A stretch of DNA of 64,000 nt from the NCBI GenBank assembly GCA_964568925.1, contig CAZMSJ010000001.1:1115-65114 (forward strand). The letters run 5' to 3'. Both the position numbers and the translations under genes were made by a program. Position 1 is the first letter of the stretch. Every line of letters starts with the position of its first letter. Positions 57,154 through 64,000 of this stretch are shown in pieces. The notes under the pieces are model-generated. The model was given only the letters and a program-made list of their open reading frames with translations, had not been told where the DNA came from and made no database searches. Source of the stretch: an uncultured Gammaproteobacteria bacterium. Its GTDB lineage: Bacteria; Patescibacteriota; Microgenomatia; UBA8517.

Positions 57154-58326
57154 TTAGACGACCTTCGTTGACGAGGGGGAAGAAGTAAGCCCTGCAAGAA
57201 GAGATAATGCAAGTACAGGCTGCAAAAGAGAGACCAAGTAATGGTCAGACAAACCAATTGTCATCACGGTTAAAACAAGTATTGCGACATGGAGTCGTGC
57301 GTGAAGAAGAACCCTCATCATGGTTAAGCACAAAACAAGTAACCCACCAATTCCCAGCTCAAGTGCTGTAATGAGAAAGATATTATGCACCGGCTGGATG
57401 AGAGTGCGAGGAGAAAAGAGAATTCCGGCCCCAAAGCCAACACCAAATGGATGATTGGCAAAGGTGATTAAAGCTCTGTGAGCTAAAACGAGTCTCTCGG
57501 CAATCTCTTTTGGATAAAAAGCGAGCACTGGAACCATCCCTGACACAATTGAGGCACAAAGGAAAAGCAACACACTTAACGAAAGGAGTGGACGTGGAAG
57601 CTTCTTTGAGAGAAGTATCCATACAGGAATCAAGAGAAGTGCCACCCATACCGTTTGAGAGAAGGTGAGTGAAATAACAACTGACAAGAGAAGAATTGAA
57701 ACTATTCTTTCGTTTCGTGAAAGAAAAGGGAAAAGGCCAAGAACTAACAAAAGATATGTTCCAGCCAAAGCATTAGGATGAGGGAATGTGGCATAGGGGC
57801 GAAGGTAGTCGACACCAAACAATGAAACGAGCGCAATACCAGGGGTGCTTGTTGAGAGTGGTCTTTCACCTAAGAGCACAAAAACACCTCCAACTGAGTG
57901 TTTGAGTAAAAATTGTAAAACAGTTAGTAGGGCAACAAGAAAGAAACTAGCTACAAAGGGTGTGGTGACCAAGGTAATTGCACGATCACGAGTACTTCTT
58001 ACGTACCAAAAGAGAAGACAAGCAGAAAACAAAATTGGAAGACGTGAAAGAGTAACAAGCGGATTGGTTGAAAGGAACGGAAGGAGACTAAGGAGGACCA
58101 GAATGGCTAGCTTTGGGAAAACAAATCGTTTGGTAAATAAAAGCTTCTCTTCAATGAGAAAGGTAAAAAAGGTTAGGACAAGTAATATTTGAGAAAAATA
58201 GAGTGTTGGGGAGAGGTAATCAATTCGGATTCCAAAAATAAAAGCCCAATCAGGCCAAAAATGTAATGCAAGTTGAGAGGGGAGAAAGAAAACAAAGATT
58301 AAAAAGAGTTTTTCGTGGAGTTTCAC
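57154..58326 (-). CDS. O-antigen ligase (Wzy_C)-like membrane protein
   Basis: R.YATFPHPN.LA, TFS, FGVG.G, PVHN..L....ELG. Confidence 0.85.
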   Translation of the reverse strand: MKLHEKLFLIFVFFLPSQLALHFWPDWAFIFGIRIDYLSPTLYFSQILLVLTFFTFLIEEKLLFTKRFVFPKLAILVLLSLLPFLSTNPLVTLSRLPILFSACLLFWYVRSTRDRAITLVTTPFVASFFLVALLTVLQFLLKHSVGGVFVLLGERPLSTSTPGIALVSLFGVDYLRPYATFPHPNALAGTYLLLVLGLFPFLSRNERIVSILLLSVVISLTFSQTVWVALLLIPVWILLSKKLPRPLLSLSVLLFLCASIVSGMVPVLAFYPKEIAERLVLAHRALITFANHPFGVGFGAGILFSPRTLIQPVHNIFLITALELGIGGLLVLCLTMMRVLLHARLHVAILVLTVMTIGLSDHYLVSLLQPVLALSLLAGLTSSPSSTKVV

Positions 58327-58790
58327 TTTGCTCGTACAACGAGATATCGATTTTCACCTTCGCCTTCACTTTCGGTGATCAAATCAGCTTCTTTAGACAA
58401 TGCAGTATGAATAACTCGTCGTTGTGCAGCATTTAAGTTATAGAGGTGTTGTGCCTCTCCACTGTTTCGAGCTCTGTCTGCTGCTTGTTCTGCGAGAGAA
58501 ACGAGGTAATCTTCGTGCTTTTCTTTCCAGCCAGCGATATCAACACTGACTCGTACCCATTCTCCAGTTGCTTGCTTAACAGCCATTCCGAGGAATGATT
58601 GAATTGCCAAGAGAGTAGCACCATGTGCACCGATTAAAAGACCAGCTTCTTCTGAAGTAATCACAACAGTTACCACTTCACCTTGTTCATCTGTTGTTGA
58701 ATTAACCTCAAAGGTTGCTTCAACTTTCAATAAATCAAAGAGAGAAGTGATTGTCTTTTCGACGAATGATTTTGTGTCTGTCTTGCTCAT
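58323..58790 (-). CDS. jag: Jag/KhpB RNA-binding protein (KH + R3H)
   Basis: GLLIG.HG.TL.AIQ; RRVIH; SEGEG..R. Confidence 0.9.
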   Translation of the reverse strand: MSKTDTKSFVEKTITSLFDLLKVEATFEVNSTTDEQGEVVTVVITSEEAGLLIGAHGATLLAIQSFLGMAVKQATGEWVRVSVDIAGWKEKHEDYLVSLAEQAADRARNSGEAQHLYNLNAAQRRVIHTALSKEADLITESEGEGENRYLVVRAK

Positions 58791-58898
58791 TTCAAGGGGA
58801 GTATACCATACCGGTCTGCGAGGTGTCACGCATAAAAACTATTATAGTAACCTCAAGTATGTTTACCCTCACGAAATTTTATCCATGAGGGTAGCTTT

Positions 58899-59150
58899 CT
58901 ATTTCAGGAACAAACTTGCAGCGTCTTCCTTCGAGATCTGTTTCCAAGTAAGCGCTGTCATACGTCTTCCGTGTACCCAGCTCATAAAAATCTCACTTCT
59001 TAAGGAAGCCTGCCACGTTTTGGCATCTTCACCTTCTAAACATTCTATCGTGCCATCTTCAAATTCCATGAGAACTCGTTTGAGCTTTACTTGAGGTACC
59101 TCACGATCGTCATCATCTGGAACAGTACCCATTATCAGATCACTATCCAT
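58899..59150 (-). CDS. Hypothetical protein inserted between yidC and jag
   Basis: 83 aa; SD TAAGGAGG; hairpin at 58864-58892. Confidence 0.65.
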   Translation of the reverse strand: MDSDLIMGTVPDDDDREVPQVKLKRVLMEFEDGTIECLEGEDAKTWQASLRSEIFMSWVHGRRMTALTWKQISKEDAASLFLK

Positions 59151-59229
59151 TTTAGAGCCTCCTTACAACAAAACGATGAGGAATAGTATCAAATGAATTA
59201 AGTAGGTTGAAGAGCTAATACCGTAACTG

Positions 59230-60051
59230 TTATGAACGTGCAAAGTAAGTCTTTGCTTTGTGAACCCAAGGAGTGAGTCCGCCCCATCCAAACATTTGGT
59301 ACTGAGTATATGCTTGCATGATTGAAAAGATGAACCAGTAGAGTGCAAGTCCTGAAGGGAACCCAACACCAACAAGGATGGTCATTAATGGGAATGTGTA
59401 AATCATTGATGATTGCATTGCTACCTGGAAGTCATCAGATGACTCTTTTGTTTTTTCAGCTACCTGCTTTTCCTTTTCAACCATTGGCATTGAAATCTTT
59501 GCAGACAAAAATTGAACTAAGGCTGCAAGAAGAAGGAGTGGACCAGGAAGTGGGAATGGCAATCCTTGTATAACAAACTTATCAGGCTGGGTAATGTCCA
59601 AGTACAAGAACTTGGTGTTTAATGTCTGTCCTTCCAAGAACTTTAATGGAGCGTACAACAAGTTGTTAATTGATTCAGTCACAGCGCCATGGCTTGAAAG
59701 AACACTCGTAAATACACGGAACAAAGCAATTAAGATAATAATCTGTAAAAGATAAGGAAGGCAGCCTGCACCTGGGTTAATTCCTTTTTCCTTATATAAA
59801 TCTGCTTGAGCTTTTAAAAATCCTTGTTTGTCGTCTTTGTACTTTTTCTTCAGTTTGTTAACAAGTGGAGTAATATCCTTCATTTTTTTAGCGTTAGCTA
59901 AATATGGTTTTTGAAGCGGTTGACTCACAAAACGCAAGAAAATAGAGAATCCAATGATCGCGAGTCCGAGGTTTCCACCAAGAATACGATAGAAAACAAT
60001 CAAACCGTTAGTAAGTGGTGCGGTCAATAGCAGCGTAAAAATATCTCCCAT
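59230..60051 (-). CDS. yidC: Membrane protein insertase YidC (short)
   Basis: GLAII, LYKEKGINP..GCLP.LLQ, PSGLALYW. Confidence 0.93.
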   Translation of the reverse strand: MGDIFTLLLTAPLTNGLIVFYRILGGNLGLAIIGFSIFLRFVSQPLQKPYLANAKKMKDITPLVNKLKKKYKDDKQGFLKAQADLYKEKGINPGAGCLPYLLQIIILIALFRVFTSVLSSHGAVTESINNLLYAPLKFLEGQTLNTKFLYLDITQPDKFVIQGLPFPLPGPLLLLAALVQFLSAKISMPMVEKEKQVAEKTKESSDDFQVAMQSSMIYTFPLMTILVGVGFPSGLALYWFIFSIMQAYTQYQMFGWGGLTPWVHKAKTYFARS

Positions 60052-60056
60052 ATTGG

Positions 60057-60278
60057 CTATTGTACAGGGTCATAGCCAGATCTGCCACCGGGGCGGCAGG
60101 AAACAAATCGTGCGATACCCATTCGAAGTCCTTTTATTGCACCATACTTTTGGATGGCTTGATATGAATATTCTGAACAGGTTGGGGTGAACCTGCACGT
60201 GTGACCGAGGAAGAATACAAAGAGAGGAGAGAGGATTGCTTGATAGATTCGAATAAGAAAGAGAAGAAGGAACTTCAT
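60057..60278 (-). CDS. yidD: Membrane protein insertion efficiency factor YidD
   Basis: CRFTPTCSEY..AI.KYG...C.P...GYDPV. Confidence 0.95.
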   Translation of the reverse strand: MKFLLLFLIRIYQAILSPLFVFFLGHTCRFTPTCSEYSYQAIQKYGAIKGLRMGIARFVSCRPGGRSGYDPVQ

Positions 60279-60625
60279 TGAGCTTTGGTTAAGCCAGCTG
60301 CAATTAAAGCATCACGTACTTCAGTCATGACCGCGTTAGCGTATGCACGAAGAATTGTGTTTTTTGGTAAATAGACACAGTCATATCCAGGTTTTAAGTA
60401 CACCAGATTGTGTCGTGTTGCCTCGGATAAGACTCTCTTAATTCGATTTCGGTCTGAGGCAAGCTTGGTTACCTTTGTTGGGATAACAAAGCCAAAACGA
60501 CACGGTTTATTGTCGCGGCGGTCTAAAAAGGAAAGGGTGAAGTTTGCACTGACAAAGCGTTTTCCTGAATCACGAACGGCATCAAAATCAGAAGATTCGG
60601 TTAATCTAAACTCGCTTGCAAGCAT
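60275..60625 (-). CDS. rnpA: Ribonuclease P protein component
   Basis: RFGFV...KV...A..RNRIKR; conserved synteny. Confidence 0.93.
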   Translation of the reverse strand: MLASEFRLTESSDFDAVRDSGKRFVSANFTLSFLDRRDNKPCRFGFVIPTKVTKLASDRNRIKRVLSEATRHNLVYLKPGYDCVYLPKNTILRAYANAVMTEVRDALIAAGLTKAQ

Positions 60626-60655
60626 AAAAAGTAGATAAAAAAGAGAACAGGAAGC

Positions 60656-60808
60656 TTAGTGAGTAGCGGTTACGGCAATTCGGACTCGTCCTTTTGCTCG
60701 TCGTCGCTTTAAGACTTTTTGTCCGTCATGATCTGCCATACGAGCACGAAAACCGTGCACCTTGACTCGTCGGCGTTTACTTGGTTGGTATGTTCTCTTC
60801 ATTGCCAT
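60656..60808 (-). CDS. rpmH: 50S ribosomal protein L34 (below ORF-track cutoff)
   Basis: (MA)[22 protein letters not shown]...[13 protein letters not shown]. Confidence 0.96.
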   Translation of the reverse strand: MAMKRTYQPSKRRRVKVHGFRARMADHDGQKVLKRRRAKGRVRIAVTATH

Positions 60809-60867
60809 AGCGGTATTGTACTAAAGAAACGGTCAAAATGGAAGTGTGGTACTATTTTGCCAGAAAA

Positions 60868-61602
60868 ATGTATGAACGAGGCGAGATAACCAGACGTGAG
60901 TTTTTACAGATTGCAGCCACTGGTGCAGTCTGTGGACTGCTGCCTGACATAGAAATTAAACAAGAGATTAAGGCTCCGGTTGATACGATTCTTCAGGGGA
61001 ATGAGGACATGTTTGGATCAGACATTATTCTTACAATAGATGACTGCGCCTCACGAGAGCATACTCGTGGCATATTTGAAACAATACGGTCAGTTGGTGG
61101 TACGGCAACATTCTTCCCTAACACTGACTACATAACAAAAGGAGAGGAAGACTCTCTCTTGTGGAAAGAGATACTCGCAAGTTGCTGTGAGATTGGGTAT
61201 CACACAAGGCACCATGATAAAGATTTGTCAGCACATGAACTTGCCCAAGATTACAAAAACTTCTGTGTAGAGATAAATAAACTTGTAGGAACAGATGTAT
61301 CAATTAGCCTGGCACGAGCACCATATGGAAACTGGACCACTGACTGGATGAAGTTTACTGAGAAACAAGGGCTAATAAATGTTCTCTGGAATTTTGTTCC
61401 TAATAAAGATCAAGTTACCCTTAACTACTTTGATGCGGTTTTGCATAGCAAAAAGGGGGGACACATCGTACTTGTTCATCCTCGAGCCTTTGATGACACC
61501 TGGATATCCACACACATTGAAGGACTTGCCGAGCTTGCCGCTCGTGACGGGGGAGCACTTCGTTCAGTCTTAGCTGACCACACGCAACAAAACTCCGGTT
61601 GA
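60868..61602 (+). CDS. Polysaccharide deacetylase (CE4/NodB-like) with twin-arginine-like N-terminus
   Basis: LTIDD, H-x3-H (HTRHH), RAPYG, IVLVH; ITRREFL. Confidence 0.85.
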   Translation: MYERGEITRREFLQIAATGAVCGLLPDIEIKQEIKAPVDTILQGNEDMFGSDIILTIDDCASREHTRGIFETIRSVGGTATFFPNTDYITKGEEDSLLWKEILASCCEIGYHTRHHDKDLSAHELAQDYKNFCVEINKLVGTDVSISLARAPYGNWTTDWMKFTEKQGLINVLWNFVPNKDQVTLNYFDAVLHSKKGGHIVLVHPRAFDDTWISTHIEGLAELAARDGGALRSVLADHTQQNSG

Positions 61603-61607
61603 CGAAT

Positions 61608-61616
61608 TGTGGATAA
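61608..61616 (-). promoter_or_regulatory. DnaA box upstream of dnaA
   Basis: TGTGGATAA = perfect TTATCCACA on minus strand. Confidence 0.8.
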
Positions 61617-61716
61617 GTGGGGTACAAAGAAGGCAACTCCTGCCCAACTTGTAAGAAAAGAGACACAAAAGAACCTTTCCTTACAAACATGTCGTTCCCT
61701 TAGATTTTTGTTTCCT

Positions 61717-63099
61717 ATGATTAAACCTGATAAAGACGCAATTTGGAAAGAAGTTTTAAACTCTGTACGAGTTTCTGTATCTACTCCTATTTTTAATACG
61801 TGGATTTCACAAACACATCTGGACTCACTTCGAAAGCTTGACCAAAAAAGATATATGGCTGAAATTGGTTGTAACTCAACCTTTGTTAAAGCTACCGTTG
61901 AGCAGCGATATTTTGGTCTTCTTCAAGATGCATTAATTAAAGCCTTAGGGAGTCACTGCGACATGACCTTCGTTATTAAAGCTGATCCAACTCGTGCAGC
62001 ACAGAAGATGGACCTCACCGCAACTCTTTTTGAAGAGAAAGAAATGAGTGAACAGTTTTTAGAGAAAGTTGCATCATCACGTTTGCGTCCTGGTTTTACC
62101 TTTGAATACTTTGCTGTTTCTGGAAGTAATCAAATGGCATGGGCTGCAGCTGACGCGGTGGCTAATAGACCAGGTAGTGCATATAACCCATTAGTTATCT
62201 GGGGTGGGGTTGGAGTTGGCAAAACACATTTAATGCATGCCGTTGGGCACACCTTGCTCTCTAAAGATTTAAGTTTAAAGATACTCGCGTGCACGGCAGA
62301 AGACTTTACCAATGACATCGTTGAAGGTATTCGCAATAAGTCTATGCAAAAGGTACGAGAGAAGTATCGAAAGCTTGATGCACTCTTTATAGATGATATT
62401 CAATTTATCGCCGGCAAAGACACAGCCCAAGAAGAATTCTTCCACACGTTTAATACGGTGACCTTGGCTGGAGGACAAATTATTTTAACCAGTGATAGAC
62501 CACCTCATGAAATTGAAAAGCTTGAAGATCGTTTAAAGAGTCGATTTGAAGCAGGTATGATTGTTGATATTGCTGAGCCTGATTTTGAACTTCGTTGTGC
62601 AATTGTCCAAATTAAGTCAGAAGAAAAAGGATTGCACTTGGCATCTGATATGGTGCAATTAATTGCAGGAAATGTCGAAAGTGCCCGAAAAATCGAAGGA
62701 TTCTTGACTCGTCTTGGTTCTGAAGTGAAGCTTAAGAATGCTCCGGTTACGGAAGAACTTGTTAAATCAGTTATCCAAAAGAGTGGAGGAGCCGTTGGAC
62801 AAGATTCTATAAAGAAGCTCTATTCAACAGACGCGGTTATCGATGCGGTATGTAAACACTACAATATTAGTAAACGATCACTTTTAGGGGAGGGGAGAAC
62901 CAAGATGATTGCACAACCCAGGCAAGTACTTATGTATATTTTAAGAATTGAGATGGGACTTCCCTTTGAAGAGGTAGGAAGACTCCTTGGAGGACGTGAT
63001 CACACGACGATTATGCATGGTGTGGAAAAGATAACAGCGTTGGCCTCAACAGATATCCACATTCGTGAGGATATCTCGGGGATAAAGGCAAACGTATAA
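61717..63099 (+). CDS. dnaA: Chromosomal replication initiator DnaA
   Basis: YNPL...GGVGVGKTHL, IDDIQF, QEEFFHTFN, RLKSRF, GGRDHTT. Confidence 0.98.
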   Translation: MIKPDKDAIWKEVLNSVRVSVSTPIFNTWISQTHLDSLRKLDQKRYMAEIGCNSTFVKATVEQRYFGLLQDALIKALGSHCDMTFVIKADPTRAAQKMDLTATLFEEKEMSEQFLEKVASSRLRPGFTFEYFAVSGSNQMAWAAADAVANRPGSAYNPLVIWGGVGVGKTHLMHAVGHTLLSKDLSLKILACTAEDFTNDIVEGIRNKSMQKVREKYRKLDALFIDDIQFIAGKDTAQEEFFHTFNTVTLAGGQIILTSDRPPHEIEKLEDRLKSRFEAGMIVDIAEPDFELRCAIVQIKSEEKGLHLASDMVQLIAGNVESARKIEGFLTRLGSEVKLKNAPVTEELVKSVIQKSGGAVGQDSIKKLYSTDAVIDAVCKHYNISKRSLLGEGRTKMIAQPRQVLMYILRIEMGLPFEEVGRLLGGRDHTTIMHGVEKITALASTDIHIREDISGIKANV

Positions 63100-63325
63100 T
63101 GGGCATAAGTGGACAGTAGGCCCGCATTTATCCACTTATCCACAAATTAAACGATTCTTTCCACAATTTTGTCCACAACCGTGTAAACTCGAACTGTTGA
63201 TAACTTTGATGAGGCTGTTTGCGGCGGAGTGTCCACTTATCCACTGACTCTACTACTGCTACTACTATTTTATATATATACAAAGGGGAGAACTCACCTT
63301 TTAGCAAAGTATGTGGACAAGTAAA
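63100..63325. other. Replication origin oriC
   Basis: Clustered DnaA boxes (TTATCCACT, TTATCCACA, CTTTCCACA, TTGTCCACA, TGTGGACAA); DnaA-trio run CTACTACTGCTACTACTA at 63250-63267; AT-rich tract. Confidence 0.92.
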
Positions 63326-63369
63326 AGACTAACTAGCAAAGAGACAGTGAGAGGCTCTATACTCGAAAA

Positions 63370-64000
63370 ATGAAATTTACCGTACTTCGAAAAGACTTTG
63401 CTAAAGTAGTATCGTTTGCAAGCAGATTCGTTTCACCACGTGTACAACTTCCAATACTTTCTAATATTTTAGTAACGACTGATAAAACAAAACTTGTTAT
63501 TCAAGCAACGAACCTCGAGATGTCCTTCTCTACTACCATAGGAGCCCAAATAGAAACGGAAGGATCAATCGCACTTCCTGCACGAGTACTCTCTGACCTT
63601 GCAAGTCATATGAGTGGGGAAAGTTTAACGGCGGAGATTGTGAAAGAATCATTAACTCTAACCGCTGAAGGATTCTCTTCTCAGATAGCAGCTCTAAACG
63701 CTCGCGATTTTCCACCGATTGCAACAACTCTTTCAGAACAAGCGGTTACTCTTCCTGAAACATTTATTCATGCGATTAATCACTTGTTGTTTGCAACCAG
63801 TACCGATGAAGCAAGACCTGTGTTAACTGGTATTTTGTTTTTAGTAACTGAAAATGGATTAACGTGTGTGTCCTCTGATGGATTCCGATTAAGTAAATAT
63901 GAATTAGAGATCTCTGAGGACGCAATTACGGCGCTTGGCGTAAATGATCGGTTCATCATCCCGAAGACCGCCTTGAGCGAATTTGTGAAGTTAGCAGGGG
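63370..64000 (+). CDS. dnaN: DNA polymerase III beta clamp (partial, runs off window)
   Basis: MKFTV...QLPILSNIL...ATNLE...DFP...DEARPVLTG...SDGFRL. Confidence 0.96.
   Translation, partial: MKFTVLRKDFAKVVSFASRFVSPRVQLPILSNILVTTDKTKLVIQATNLEMSFSTTIGAQIETEGSIALPARVLSDLASHMSGESLTAEIVKESLTLTAEGFSSQIAALNARDFPPIATTLSEQAVTLPETFIHAINHLLFATSTDEARPVLTGILFLVTENGLTCVSSDGFRLSKYELEISEDAITALGVNDRFIIPKTALSEFVKLAG

Noticed and set aside
1-64000. Alternative genetic code (UGA = Gly, code 25)
   Set aside because: Conserved genes are intact under code 11 and several end in TGA at the expected position.

Overview
Chromosomal segment ending at the replication origin (jag-yidC-yidD-rnpA-rpmH / dnaA-oriC-dnaN). 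It uses genetic code 11. Gene content suggests Patescibacteria (CPR), Microgenomates-like; this is inference from gene content only. Core content: hrcA-grpE-dnaK and groESL with CIRCE operators, rpsT, rplY, metG, tsaD, tRNA-Cys, two UvrD-family helicases, cell-wall and glycosylation genes, and a pilN/pilO block followed by Thr/Pro-rich surface proteins with LPxAG tails. Most interesting signal: a ~4.5 kb co-directional array of orphan genes at 40.6-45.2 kb. It is transcribed divergently from a TrmB-like regulator with twin TGTCA-N8-TGACA operators, and its spacers are built from recurring structured-RNA modules, one of which shows covariation. Second: core genes look leaderless (-10 box 5-9 nt before ATG, no SD), while scattered orphan genes are self-contained promoter-SD-ORF-terminator cassettes. 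Also seen: two candidate ncRNAs, several small ORFs missed by the track, and head-to-head overlapping genes. No CRISPR array, integrase or intact transposase was seen. All product calls come from motif recognition by eye; no database search was run.
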